Assembly (NCBI GenBank): GCA_964016885.1
Contig: OZ024740.1
Span: 108,934,001-108,998,000 of the forward strand
Direction of reading: 5' to 3'
Length of the DNA stretch: 64,000 nucleotides
Origin: Eledone cirrhosa
Taxonomy: Eukaryota
The translations under genes and the position numbers were made by a program. The notes beneath the pieces are model-generated. The model saw only the letters and a program-made list of their open reading frames with translations, did not search any database and was not told the DNA's origin. Shown in pieces: positions 1 to 13,965 of this stretch. Numbering within the stretch: the stretch's first letter is position 1; every line of letters starts with the position of its first letter.

Positions 1-100
1 TTCCCTTTTCTATCAACCAATGACCTACACCCATCCCACTCCCCACCCCCTCCTACCACTTGTAGAGACCTATAAATACCATGTTTATTTTTTGATACCC

Positions 101-151
101 AGATTCATGATGATTTCTAAAGAATGAAACAGTTCTAGTCCTGTAGAATCT
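101..151 (+). ncRNA. Type I hammerhead ribozyme motif, core C3 mutated (probably inactive); Penelope/retrozyme-like
   Basis: AGATTC-aTGATGA-T TTC TAAA GAA T-GAAA-CAG TTCTAGTC CTG-TA-GAATCT. Stem I AGATTC/GAATCT. TATAAATA upstream at 71-78. Paralog at 22039-22089. Confidence 0.7.
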
Positions 152-235
152 CATCTATATTAAAACTATATATATATATATATAAAATATTAAACAAATA
201 ATGAATAAACAATTCCTTATATTAAACAAAAAAAG

Positions 236-389
236 TTCATTATTTAACGATCGTTTCTAGGATATATATGTGTTAGAATTGGCATGCATATTCAACAGAT
301 CTATGTACAAAATTATACAAAATTATACAAACTATCAAGATTAAATATACATACCAACACATATATACGCCGTCTTCAGAAATAATGAA
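236..389 (-). ncRNA. Type I hammerhead ribozyme motif with very long stem II
   Basis: Minus strand: TTCATTATTT-CTGAAGA-[115-nt hairpin]-GAAA-CGATCG-TT-AAATAATGAA. Perfect 10-bp stem I. Stem II has 12-bp and 15-bp helices. Confidence 0.65.
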
Positions 390-848
390 GTATATTTATT
401 GATAATAACAACAATTCAAAATTTCAGGTCCGTTTGGGAACAAAAATTGACCAATGAAAACACAAAGGGTTAAATGCAGTTCGGTGTGTGTATATACATG
501 TAAAACCCTTACACATATTTTACAAAAATGTATGTATAATTTGTATACGCATACTAAAAGGATGGATGCAAATACAAAATTTCAAGGTTAATGTCTCTGT
601 AAGTTTATAATGCACAGATAAGATGCGTATTGACACAAGTATGAAATTAAGTATATAAATATATTTTTTCATACTCACACATATCCGTACAATCACACAT
701 ACACGCGCGTATATGCATAAATATACACATAACCACGAACATACAAACACACACACACCCCCACTCACATTTATATATGTGGATATAAAATCATAAGCAC
801 ATGGATACTACGGATTGGACACTACCGTAAATTCTTGGTAGATTTATC

Positions 849-852
<4 letters not shown>

Positions 853-939
<87 letters not shown>

Positions 940-945
940 ATTTAT
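853..945. repeat. (TA)n microsatellite
   Basis: Direct reading. Many similar tracts, e.g. 2053-2110, 22148-22232, 44066-44145, 52042-52115, 62253-62532. Confidence 0.95.
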
Positions 946-1160
946 ATTAAAATGCAAGTGTCATGTCACAACCTCTTTGTGCTAGATTTGTTTGGGAAAT
1001 GCTAATATATTTTCCTCCCTATCCCTCTCTTTCTCACACAGTATTAACAAGCAGGTTAGTAGAAAAGCAGCTGCTACCTGTAGGCATCTATCTTCAGATA
1101 ATAAAAACATTTATCTATCTAACTGTCTATCTACCTACCTATCTACACACACACACACAC

Positions 1161-1499
1161 CATCATCATCATCATCATCATCATTTTACATCCGCTTTTC
1201 CTTGCTTGCAAGGGTGGGATGGGAACTGATTCTGGCTTGATTTCTACAGCTGGATGCCCTTCCTAACACCAACCCCATTTACAGTGAGTGCTGGGTGCTT
1301 TTTGCCATGGCACCTCCACGACCACTTTGCAGTGGAATGATAGGGACTGGAGTCCCTATCATCTCATTTCTACAGCTGAGTAAACTGGAGCAATGTGAAA
1401 TAAAGTGTCTTGCTCAAGGAAACAACACATCACCCGGTCTGAGAATTGAACTCACAACCATTCGATTGAAAGCCCAATACCACTAAGCCATGTGCCTCC
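1161..1499 (-). mobile_element. tRNA-headed SINE with RTE-derived 3' tail
   Basis: Reverse complement of 21533-21863. A/B-box-like head (TGGCTTAGTGG...GAGTTCAATTC) and (GAT)n tail. Confidence 0.75.
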
Positions 1500-2050
1500 A
1501 TATATAAAGTTAGTTCCACAACAAATCAACAAACTATCCTGGAGGATGCGTGTTTCCCTCAAAGAGATTTTCAACATTTTCAACTCAAGTGAGGTTGTGC
1601 TGAAAAACTGAACTTGTTCTATGGACTGAGTGCCTACTTACTATGGATATAACTTCCCGGTGTTCTACCACTATATATAAATATATATATACACCACTTT
1701 ATCTATCTTCTACCTACCTATCTGTCTGTTTGCCTGCTGTCAACCCATAGTTATCTCTCTATCTCTATTTACTAATGCATCTAATTTTGGACAACAACAA
1801 CAAAGCACAAATCCCAATAGCAGTCCGAAGATAGATAGATGGATAAAAAGAGAAGTAGAACAATGTCATCATAATTTAGTGCCTTAAAGAGAATATGGAA
1901 GAAAATTAATGTAAATGATATGACTGTATGTAAAATGAAATATGATGATGGCTAGAGTGATAAGAAGAAGAAGGTCTATGTTGAAATCTAAGAATTATTA
2001 AATTAAATATTTGTTATTATAAATGGTCATTTTTTACAAGTACTATGCTA

Positions 2051-2113
<63 letters not shown>

Positions 2114-2539
2114 ATCATCACCACCATCCACATTATTAATATTTTATACCTGCATTTTATGCTAGTAGGCTTGGACCATATTATGTTCATATGTGAACTA
2201 TTTTACCATGGTTTCTATGGCTAAATGCCCTCCCTAATGCCAACCACTTTACAGAGTGGACTGGATGTATTTTACTGTCATACCAGTACTAGGGAGGTTA
2301 TCATGTTTTTGGCAAAACTAAAGAATCCTCTCTACCCCATATTGTCTCCATTTGATCACCAGCCACTTTGCAAAGTGTAATGAGTGCATTTTATCATGGT
2401 TCCACCACTAGAGATGTTGACATTATCTTAATGTCATATATATATATACACACATTTTTAAATACATATTCCTGTTGTATCCGTTTCTATACATATTATA
2501 CAGTTGTTTTGTTTATTACAGGAATGAAAGTTTCTCATT

Positions 2540-2540
<1 letters not shown>

Positions 2541-2620
<80 letters not shown>
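2541..2620. repeat. (GA)n microsatellite
   Basis: Direct reading. Confidence 0.95.
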
Positions 2621-2624
<4 letters not shown>

Positions 2625-4328
2625 AAGTAAGAGATAGAGAGCAGTGGTTAGAACTGGGAGTTGAACTACCAACATGATTTACCAACAAAGAGTAATTACT
2701 TACCACAAACTAGATAATTATAAAATAATTAAACATAATTTAAAAAGAATGAATAATGCTTTCCTTACAATATTCCTAATAAAAAGCACTGCCTATGATT
2801 TTTAATTATTTTGGAAAATAATGAAGAGTTGAGAGATTTAGTAATATAACTAACTTTTTTATTATTAAATTGGTGTTTGGCACAAAACGAAAAGATAAAA
2901 TTTAGAGGGATTTAGTAATATAACTAATGTTTTTCATTTTTAAGCTGGTGTTTGGAACATAACTTAACAAAAATTATTACATAAAATTATGATAGAAGGT
3001 TTGAATTTAAAACAAATGCCTATGTATCATAGAACCAGGAATGGTTTCAGGTCTCAGAAGGGTTAAATAATAGGATTAAAAAGAGCATTTTGAAGAAATG
3101 TGCACAGTGAAATATATATTTAGGAATGGAAGGTGAAAAAGGGTGAAGATTCAAATCCTGCATTTGTCATCCCATGAAGTTGAAGAAGAGATAAGATATT
3201 TGCAATAGTGTACTTGGTGCAATTTTAATTAATGACCAATAATTAGACCAGGATAGAAATAGCATACAAATCTACCTCAAATGAACCCTACCGTCTTATA
3301 AATAGGACTCATTGGATAGTGAAGACAGGGATACACTATAGCTGAAAAATAAACAAAAGATATGATGATCTTGGTTGGAATGTTTTTGGTCTTAGGACTG
3401 ACTTGGGACTAAACCACAACAATGACAACAACAACAATTTAGAGGGTTAAAAAGCAACACACATTGTTTAAATAAAAAAAAACAAAAAAACAAAACAGAC
3501 ACACACTGAAGTAAAACAAAAAAATGAAGAAACATCTTTTACAGTTGTTATAAAATGTCTATTTACATTTAATGGTTGTAGTAATGATAGTGTTGATAAT
3601 AATCATAACAATGAAAATGGTTTCTAATTTAGGCACAAGGCCAGTAATTCTGATGGGAGGCTAAAACTGATTATATCAGCCATAGAAGGATGAAAGGTAA
3701 AGTTGACCTTGGTAAGATTTGAACTTAGTATGTAAAGAGTTGGAACAAAAACAAAGCTAAAGATTTTAAAAAAATAAAATTACCTAAAAGGTCTTGTATT
3801 ATTTAAAATGGCTGTGTGGCATGCATTAACTAACTAAAGTGATGTATTACTTATAATGGTGTGTTATGCATGGACCAAAGTAAAGGTTTGCCTCAGATGG
3901 GCCATTGTGGCATTGTCTGTGGATCTCAGGGCTTTTCAACTTTTTACATGTAACAAAACAAAGTACCATCTGGGTAGGTTTATGAATGAAGACATGTTTG
4001 GGCAAGTGAACCCTCCTGGCCAGGGTTCATTCCCAGGTATAGTCTGGGGTTCAATCCCATCCAGGAACTGGAGTAAAAGCTTTTCATATGCAATGTATGA
4101 TATAAGATACTTGTGGGCCAAACTAGAATCAAAATCAAATATGGTTCATTACAAAAAGAACTTGCTGAACTTCCCATCCCTGAAGTAAAGTGATGTAGGA
4201 TTGTGAAGGACACAAGTGATATATTGCTTACAATGGTATACTGCTTGTGTGACATGCAATAACTACAGTGACATAAGGTTGTGAAGGACTTCAGTAAAGT
4301 GATACAAATATTGCGAAAGACCTTGAAA

Positions 4329-4362
<34 letters not shown>

Positions 4363-4403
4363 ACCAGAGAAAATGTTGAGGTAAAGTTTTAATACTGATT
4401 TAC

Positions 4404-4412
4404 CTTTTCTTT
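4404..4412 (-). CDS. Nrg: Candidate 9-nt cytoplasmic microexon of the neuroglian-like gene (phase 2-2)
   Basis: ttctttcttttttcatttatgcttacag|AAAGAAAAG|gtaaat. Frame-preserving, with UGC just before the 3' splice site. Confidence 0.5.
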
Positions 4413-4599
4413 CTGTAAGCATAAATGAAAAAAGAAAGAATGGAAATGATGACAAAAGAAAATGTTGAAGTTCTGTTTGGGGTGAATTCTTTTACAGTCA
4501 AATAACTTATCAAATATTTTTTAATCATATCATTAACAAGCAATAATTATTTTAATTCAGAGTATCCCTAGTTTTCAGGGCAAAAACAGAAGAAAGCAT

Positions 4600-5012
4600 G
4601 TGAAGTTTATAATAGGCACACAGTAGTTGATTTCATTTCAGTTTTATTATTTAATTAGATCATTAGTCAATTAATTTATCAATTGATTAATTGGTTTGTT
4701 AAAGTTCTTTCATCACATCCTGGGACCTTATCAATGTCTTTCCTCCCCTTGTGAACCTTAGTGTCTAATGATGAAATTTAAATGAATTTCATCATTATGT
4801 TCTGAGAAATAAACAAAAAGCAGGAAATAAGTGCTGATAAGGAGAAAGTGCATAAGGGGCCCAGTCATTCATAAGGTCACAGGCTGTGACAAAAGTACTT
4901 TGATTTTGACAAACCAATTAATTAATTGATTAGCTAATTAATTAATAAAACTGAAGTGAATTACAACTAGTGCATGTGTTTTTATATATTGACAGTATGA
5001 CCCTCCCAAAGT
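4600..5012. mobile_element. Degenerate palindromic MITE-like element
   Basis: Imperfect inverted arms around a central hairpin (atgatgaaatt...aatttcatcat). Related sequence at about 18960-19303 (gaccctcccaaagta end). Confidence 0.4.
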
Positions 5013-6574
5013 ACAATATCTGATTGCACAAAGAATTTTGTGAAACAAATACAATAATGAAATAATTCATGATAATATTTGATTATAGCTGAAATGATTT
5101 ATAATTTGACCAACAAAAATTATAGAGTAATATACAGTCATTTTATAAACACGGGGGGAAAAAAGAACCAAAAATTTGATTTAGCAAAATAACTAACTTT
5201 CTTATTTTTTATCTGGTATGATGAAAAGTTTTAGATAAATAACCCTTTCATGACCATTTTTCTAATGGTATGCACTGTATTTCATTTACCATGTGTGTGT
5301 GTGAATATTTTACTGAAATATTTTACAAAATTCTATGTAAATGAGGTGTTAAAATATTTTCTCTTTGGAGGTGAATATTACACCCGTTTCACTTTCAATG
5401 TGAAATTCATATTTTCTATTGTTTTTTTATATGCTTTAAAGAAATTCGGCCTTCAAAATGGTTGGATATTGGTAAAAAATCATTACATAATGGAGTTATG
5501 AAACAAAAGCTATACTCTAAATGGTACTTAAAACATTTTAAATATCAAAATATTAAAACTTCATAAATATATTCTCCATTCATGAGAATTTCAAAACCGC
5601 ACCATCTAACCATAATGTGTTGATTTACATGCTTCGGCTTATAAATAGGGTTTGGATTTTTGACTATTTTTCAGACACAAAATTGGGGATTGGCATATAT
5701 TTGAGTATATATAGTAATTAATAAAGTATTTGGAGGGATTTACTAAAATTATTAATTATTTCATTATTAAGATGGTATTTGTAACAAATGGTTCTTACAT
5801 AAAATTTTGTTGGAAGATTTTAATTTAAATAGGAACTCTTTAAAATGAGTGGTTTTGTTCCATAGAACCAGAGCTGGTTTTGGCCAGGTTGGTATCAAAA
5901 GACTTAACATAATACAGATGTTATTACATATTGAAAACATTTATAGAAAACATAAAACAAGATAACAATTTGTAAAGAAATAACATTGTATATAGAATCC
6001 TATCCTTGGTTGTCCAGGAGATAAAAATTTCAGTTTAATAATATCAACTTAGGTTGGTAGGAAGTTAAGATGTTTTTCTTTAATCAACTATAAATTATTA
6101 TATAGGCAAAATGTTTCAATTTTTTAGAGAATGGAGGTTGTATGATGTAACGCCCATACCTTTCCTAACAACATCAAAGATAATAGATACCTGTAATTCT
6201 GGCAGTAATATAATAGGTGCATGCAATATTGGGGATTTGGGTAATATAGGTATATGTAATATTGGGGGTAAATTTAACAATTATACCTCAGGAGTGGGCA
6301 GTGCATTGAGTCCTTGAGCAAGACCCTTTATTTCATGTAGATCCAGTTCTCTCAGTTGTGATGTCACTGGTGCCAAGCTGTATCGGCCTTATGTGCAAAT
6401 CCCATAGTCATTCGTGACTGAAGGGGGTCTTAACACACACACACATATATATATATATGTATTTGTGGATTCAAGACATTAATAAGGTGGCACTTGAAAT
6501 ATGGCCCTGGTAAGAGACAGTGGAGAAGGATATGTAGTATATATATATATATATATATAAAGTTTATGACTTAC

Positions 6575-6644
6575 TTTTTATTGTCATTGCCATGGTCATC
6601 AGTACTATATGGTTCATGTCCACGTAATCGTTCTTCTTCTTGTA
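6575..6644 (-). CDS. Nrg: Neuroglian/L1-family exon, proximal cytoplasmic tail (VQEEERLRGHEPYSTDDHGNDNK)
   Basis: tcttcag acceptor, gtaagt donor. Phase 1 continues KYD-V from the TM exon and ends in phase 2. Confidence 0.8.
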
Positions 6645-7644
6645 CTGAAGAGAAACATATAGTTTTAAATACAATACATAGATAGATAGACAGACAAACA
6701 AATAGACAGATATTGGATAAACATATGTTTCGGATAGTTCAAGCTTGTATTTTGTTGTTGGGTGCATTGTGCAAAGAAAAAAAAAATGAATATATATATA
6801 TAAAAAACATGAGAAGAATATGCATTTGAAAAACTGTCATAAAAGGCAGTATGTTTACATCTTCGTTATAAAGGTTAGAAAATATAGAACACTTCATGAA
6901 TTTGCACTAATTTAATTAGGATGAGTAGACATTGCCTATAAGCCAGCTGTGTGAAAACAGGTATTTTGATTTTATTAGATTATCTTAGCAAAGAATATTG
7001 GTTAGATAAAAAAAAGGGATGTACCCACCTGAAGAAAACCAGAGGTTACAATGAGCAAAAATTGTTATTATAATAACCAAGATGAGGACACTAGACTGAT
7101 TAAATTTTCAATTGTCTCAAATATTTCTCTCAAAATAAATGAATTTATTTTAAAATAACTCTGAAATAGATAAAATATTTTGTCCCCAATAACCTCTCTA
7201 GTGCTGTTATCTTGATAAAATGTACTCAATTCACTCTTTAAAGGAAGTAGTGTTGGAACCATGATAAAAAGAACCCAGTACACTGTTAAATGTTAGAGCT
7301 GATGCCATGATAAAAAGCATTCAGTACACTCAGTAAAGTGGTAGAGTAGATGCCACAATAAAATGCACCCAATACACTCTGTAAAATGGTAGTGTTGGTG
7401 CCATGATAAAATACACCCAGTATACACTGTAAAGTTGTTAGTATTAGGAAGGGCATTCAGCTCTAGAAACCAAGCCAAATATGCAAGAATTGGTTTTCCA
7501 GCCAGTCTAGCCCAAACCGTAATGACCCAAGCAACTAATGTCAACATGGAAGCAGAAGTAACATGATGATGTTGATGAAATGCTTACTTTTTTTTTTTTT
7601 AAATGTTCAAATAGTGGACTGCAAATCAATAAACTATGACTTAC

Positions 7645-7770
7645 CATCATATTTAGCTTCACGGTTTCTTTTGGCAATACACACAATGATCAGAATGAGG
7701 ATGAGAAGAGCAATTGCCACCATCATAGCAATAAACCAGGTAGCAGAAGTTAGATCTTGAGTAGCTGTGC
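7645..7770 (-). CDS. Nrg: Neuroglian/L1-family transmembrane exon (TATQDLTSATWFIAMMVAIALLILILIIVCIAKRNREAKYD)
   Basis: Matches the L1-family WFIxxMxAIALLILILxIVC.KRNRxxKY motif. AG/GT boundaries. Confidence 0.93.
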
Positions 7771-9600
7771 CTTAAAATATATACAAATAGAAAATTAATA
7801 TTAGACTTAGAAATTTTTCAAAATGTTTGATTTTGGTAATATATAACACAATCATGGCTGTATGGTTAAAGAGTTCACTTCATAACCATGTGGTTTTGGG
7901 TCTAATCCCACAGCACGGCACCTTGGGCAAGTGTCTTCTACTATAGCCTTGGGTTAATCAATGCCTTGTGGGTGAAATTTGGTAGATAGAAAATGTGTGA
8001 GTCCGTGCCTGTGTTTATATCCTGTAACTTATCCGATTGATAGATAAAAACCAATAAAATATGTATCAGACTTTTAAAAACAGGTACTAAGGTTGATAAG
8101 ATTGACTAAATTTGTTGAAAGTCTTGCTCAAGCACGACTACAGTCTAATGACTGAAACCAGAAAAAATACAGAACTGGATAGTCTGATAGAAGATAAATT
8201 CTATTATTGTATGTAAGTAATGCCATATTCAGTGATGTATATAGAATTTGTGCTGCCTGGGCTGGTCCTTCTGCTTTCCAGTCACCCTCAATACACATCA
8301 AACATATTTTGTATGACTCCACCCTCCCTACTCATTGCTGCCATCTAGTTGCACTCTTGACACCGCAATACACATCAGACTTGAACAAAAAAAGTTTCAC
8401 TCTGAGTGTATTATCCCACCATTGCTGTCTTCTAGTTATGTTACTGACACCATCTTGTAAATGTCTGTTATTACTTCTCATTACTGCAATATATAAATGT
8501 ACTGATTCATAGCCTCTCACAACTAAAATAAAACAACAAACTGAATACAGAAAGTGACTATAGTAAATAGTTGTTGCCTCTTTGATTCCTGTTCAATGCA
8601 ATGTTTTTTGTATGACTTGTTGGTACCTATAAACAACTTTGAGGATGAAGAACATCTCTTCCCCAGGGATCTGTCATACATACACAGTAGGCCTGCAAGC
8701 ATTATTAAACATTAGTATACAGAATATATGTTTGATAAATAACATGAACATAGGTATACGATTTATAAAACATGCTAATAATTGTTTCTACTTTCGGCAC
8801 AAGGCCAGCAATTACCCAGTACATTACTGGTACTTTATTTTATCGACCCTGTAAGGATAAAAGGCAAAGTTAACTTCGGCAGGATTTGAGCTCAGACCGT
8901 AAAGAGTCGTAACTATGCTGCAAAGCATGGCGTCTGACTCTCTACCGATACTGCCAATTCACCGCCCCAATAAAACATGCTAATAATGGAGGTGATAGAG
9001 CAAGAAATGCAATAGATATATAGTCAAGCATAAAGAGAGATCTGATATTTTGATATAATACTAATTTGTAAGTAGCCATAGCTTTCCTAAGACACACCAT
9101 TTGATTATAGCTAGGTATTACCATGCTTAGATGGATAGAATGATTGTCTTAACCTTAACTAATCTCTAAGTATCAGTATGACAAATAAAGAATAGATAAA
9201 GACAAAAGATGTATTGAGATGATGCAGAGGTGAAAATATTGATCTGAACATGTTTCAACATGATCAAATATGATGCTGGAATAATATAGATATTTGTTTT
9301 AAACCATGGAATCCAGAAAGAATGGAAAATGGGATGAAATATGACAAAATTATATATCAATATATACAATGGGTAAGATAGAACCACAGATTATAAACAA
9401 TAGCAAAAATAGAAAAGTGGGGATTAGTTCATATTTATGCGTATGGAGTGAAAGTAAAAAAATAAAATAAAAAAAGGATGAGTGAAGATAGCGAAGTTCA
9501 TTGATTAGAAGTATTAAATTGTACTGAAGTAGATATAGATAGATTATTGTGAATATCTAGGATATAATGGTAGAACTATAAAATATTAATGAACCTTTAA

Positions 9601-9811
9601 TCCTTTAGCATTTATATTACTCTATATATACTATTGTATTTTTATTATTGCATTTTTATTATCTCACATAATATCAAATCTATGAGATTTTAATATTATT
9701 TATTTTGAGAACAATACTTTAACATCAGTATGAGTGGCCAGTTATGGCTAGTTTGAACAGAAAGAGGTGAAAGAATTCTGGCTGGATATGGCTGGTTTAA
9801 ATGCTAAAGGG
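9601..9811. mobile_element. piggyBac-type MITE (TIR CCTTTAGCATTT, TTAA flanks)
   Basis: ttaa-tcctttagcattt ... aaatgctaaaggg-ttaa. Close paralog at 51317-51520. Confidence 0.75.
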
Positions 9812-12800
9812 TTAAATAAGAACAAATAGGTTCATTGAAAGTTGTCTCAAAATTCTTTAAAATGGTAAGTCAATTGCCAGAGCTAATTATCTGTCTAGGA
9901 GACAAATAATTCATTATGAAAGTTGCAATGGGTGGAGGAGGATTATGGTTGAAAGATACAACCAAACAAAGATAATTATGATCAATCCTAAATTTACAAG
10001 TAGGTATCTAACATAATGAAAGTAGTTTCAAAGCTAGGAAGAAGACAAAAACAAAAAAGAATATACTTAAGTCACATATTAAAAACAGTATCACACCCTC
10101 AAAATATATAATAAATTTACATTTCTAGTGACAGACACTGCCTAAAACTTTCAAATAATTTTGAAAATAATCAAGAATTTCAAAAGATTTAGTAATATAA
10201 CTAACTTTCTCATTACTAATCCAGTGTTTAGAACATAACTTAAAGTTTCTTATATAAAATAATCATAGAAGATTTTTTAGATAAATATAAACACTAAAAA
10301 ACAAAACAAAACACTTTTGTATTGTAGAACCAAGGGTAGTTTCAAGTGGTTTGGTGTCCAACAAGTTAAGATAATCCAATAACAAAATATTAAATAGCTT
10401 TTTCATACAGCACTGGCATGGCTGTGGAGTTGAGGTGTTTGCTTCAGAACCATATTGTTTTTGGTTTAGTCTCATTGTGCAGCACCTTACACAAGTGTCT
10501 TCTTTAACCTCAGGTTGATCAATACCTTGTGAATGAAATTTGATAGATGGAAACTGCAGAAAACCATTTTGCGTGTGCGAGTGTTTATACCCCATAACGT
10601 AGTGGTTCAACAAAATATATATCAGACTATAAATCCCTTCAAGGCCCCACCATACCCCAGTCTAATGACTGAAACCGGAAAAAAAATATATATATCCATA
10701 AATTGTAGAAGTTATAAATAATTCTTGGAACAAAGGATTAACCAATAAAAACATATTATAATAATTGCTAGTTTCAAAAGTTTCATGCTTCTATAGAAGT
10801 TATGAAAGCTATACTGTATGTTAGGTTATCACTATAAGAACCCTTTCATTACCATATTTATGCTGAGATATATTTCTTTTCTATTATTCTTTTAGTGGTT
10901 TCAGTCATTAAACAGTGACTATATTGAGACAGCCTTATATCAAACCCAGGACTTATTTTTTCAAGCCTGGTACCTATTTTATCAATCTCTTTTTGTTGAA
11001 TCACTAAGTTTCTGGGTATAAACACAGTCATCCACATATATATATAGATGGGCTTCTTCAGTTTCCATCTACCATATTTTGTTTTCGAGATATTAGTCAA
11101 GCTAAGGTTATAGTAGAAAACACTTGCCCTGGCTGTGAAGCGAACTCCTTAACGCTATGGCCATTCCTGTGCCTAAATTAATTTTGAAAATTATAAAAAA
11201 AATTCAGAGGCATTTAATAAAATAACTGAACTTGTTAGTAAGCTGGTGTTTAGAACATAAAATATTCTGAGATAAAATTATAATGAATAGTTTTAATATA
11301 AATAAGAGCATTTCAAAAGGAGTGGTTTGATATAATAGCTTTGGGCTGGTTTGTATAAAAGAAGAATGGGAGTGGGTGGGTTATATAATAGAAATAAAGG
11401 CAGTCTTGGGGTTGTTTATATCAGAAGGAATGGTTTTCATATTATAGAAATAGTGGTAGCTTTGGGGTGGTTTGTATCAAAGAGAGGAGGGGTTATATCT
11501 TAGAAACAGAGGCAGTCTTGAGGTGGTTTATATCAAGGATGAGGGGGGTGGGGTATATTATGGAAATAGAGGTAGTCTTGGATGGTTTATATAATAGAAA
11601 TAGAGGTAAAGGGCAGATATATATCAAAGGGGATGGTGGTGGGGGGCAGGGTTATATCAAAAGAGTTAATGAAGTACGTGGTTGTTTTATTTTTGTTTTT
11701 GTTAAAGTTTGTTTAGAGTATGCAAGGTGATGGAAAGAATTGTTAGATGCAAACAAAGTACATAAATATGATGAGAGGAATTCTGGAATGAAATCGAAGT
11801 AAAGAAGGAGGATGAAATAATGTATTTAATGACAACAGGGTACTGAAGGATGAAGAAAGGATTTATTGATTAAAATAGAAGTACTAAAAGAGGATGGATT
11901 TATTTGATTAAAATAGAAGTACCAAAAGAGGATGAAAGGAACTATTTGATGAAAAGAAACACATTTTTTTAACCCTTTTGTTACTGTATGTCTAATGAAA
12001 TACTTTGTATTTTGATTAATTAATGAAGAATTTAGGAAGGATTTATTAAAATTATAATTTCATTAAGATGTTATTTGCAACATGACAAAATATTCTTGCA
12101 TAAAATTATGTTGGAAGGTTTCAATTAAAGTAGGAATCCTTTAAAATTGGTGGATTAGTTTCATAGAACCAGAACCAGTTAAGGGTGGGTTGGTAAAAAA
12201 AGTTTTAGAGATATAGAGATGTGTAAGATGATGTATAAGAACCAAAGATACGGCACCTAGCAAAAATGGCCTCCAGTCTATGAGCATTGTTATACAGTAT
12301 CTATATTAGTATTGGATATAAGCAGGCAAAAATGTTTAGGGTGTTTGCTTTGTAGTTGTGAGATCCTAGGTTCTATCTCACTGCATGACATTTTGGGCAA
12401 ATGTCATTTACCATAGCATTGAGTTGACTTAAGATTTTTTAGTGAAATTGAGAGAACAGAAACAGTTTAGAAGCCTGACAAATGGATTGTAACAGTAATT
12501 CAATGGTGTGGTCTTGTGTCACACTGATTCCACTTGAGAATTACATGTATCTGTGGAATACTCAGCCACTTCACACACAAATTCTTTGAGTTGATCATTC
12601 AATTGATTGAACAACTGGAAGCTCACACTTTGTTGTTGGTGGAAGAGTCCATCCTTCATGTAACTACTGTCTCTTCTATAATACTTATCAATGGGATATT
12701 AACACTTATCAATGAGATTTGAAATCAGAATGTACAGAGCTGGATAAGAAACTGCAAAGCATCCCATTTGACTTTTTAACAATTTGGCCAATCTTCCATT

Positions 12801-13965
12801 CTTGGGCTAGTACTTCATCAACCTTGAAAGAATGAAAGGTAAAATTGATTTGGGCAGGATTTGAACTCAAAGCATAGACAGCCAGAACAAATATCAAGGT
12901 ATTTAATATGATGTTCTAACAATTTTGTCAACTTGCATACTATAATTGAACAAATTATCATTTATGATAGAGTTTTCAATCAATTAAAAAAATTCCATAC
13001 CTCATAGAATGTTATTTTGAAATGAATTATTTAAGTTATACATTAAAAACCTGTTCCTTTTCTTTTGAAAATTAAATGTTGCTATTGTATAAGTGAGCAA
13101 AATTTTACTGTCATATTCGATATATATATATATATGGGCTAAGTGGGTTGCAACCCAGGGCCCCATAATCCAAAAGGAAGGTGGTGGGGAGAGACAGAGA
13201 CACTGGTTTAAATATACATTGGTGCTTTTATTAGCACATGGCTAGTGGTACCAGGTTTAGTTTGTCTTGATAAAGCGAGTATGGGCTACAACATTATTTT
13301 GTTGGGTTACTAAACTATTTTTCCTTACGATTTGTAAAGCCAGACTGTGGAACTACTTACTCTGTATTATATATACTTTCTCTTACACAACTAAATTTTC
13401 TCTAGTCCAGGGCCCCTAATTGCTTTAATCCAACTCTGTTGTATCAAAGAATATTTTGTTTCTTTTTTTAAACACAGGTGTTATTTTTTTTTATTTTGAA
13501 AAATTAATTTAAGTAACTAAATACAAAATAAATAAATAAATAAGACAGAAAATATGTGGCACATTTTATAGATAATTCAGTAATATGTACTGTTTAATTT
13601 AATTTAATTTAAATTAATTGAAATAATTTTTAAGAACATAATCTCCTGTCTTTATTTTCTCCTAGTTTCATATCACAAAATCAAGGACAGTTTCAGGCAG
13701 TTTGGTAGCAATAGGGTTAATATAGATATAACATAAAAACTCTAAATTCAGTCATATAAAGCCTGTTGTTGTACCACATATTTTTGATGGGAAAAGAATT
13801 AGAAAATGAGTTAAGATGAGCAAACACTATGATGATGTTAGTAGTAAAAATCCCAAGTACCATTTTAGTTAGTGTTCACAATAGAATATTTTAGAAAGGA
13901 GGAAGAGGAATTGAATAAATGTCAGAGTACCTATATATTTCACAGGCATTTATATATATATTTAC

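Noticed and set aside
444-458. FIGQF reading on the minus strand, resembling the L1 FIGQY motif
   Set aside because: No preceding FNEDGS context and no suitable acceptor. It abuts a TTAACCCTTT piggyBac-like end, so it is probably coincidence.
1642-1670. Possible 29-nt exon (tag...gtaagt)
   Set aside because: The acceptor sits in a TA tract, the exon is not frame-symmetric, and it adjoins a degenerate LINE remnant.
2704-2709. Possible 6-nt microexon TTTGTG (ctag/gtaagt)
   Set aside because: Poor pyrimidine tract and no UGC; cannot be distinguished from chance.
3856-4333. Overlapping 110-aa and 117-aa ORFs
   Set aside because: No recognisable domain; likely UTR or intron.
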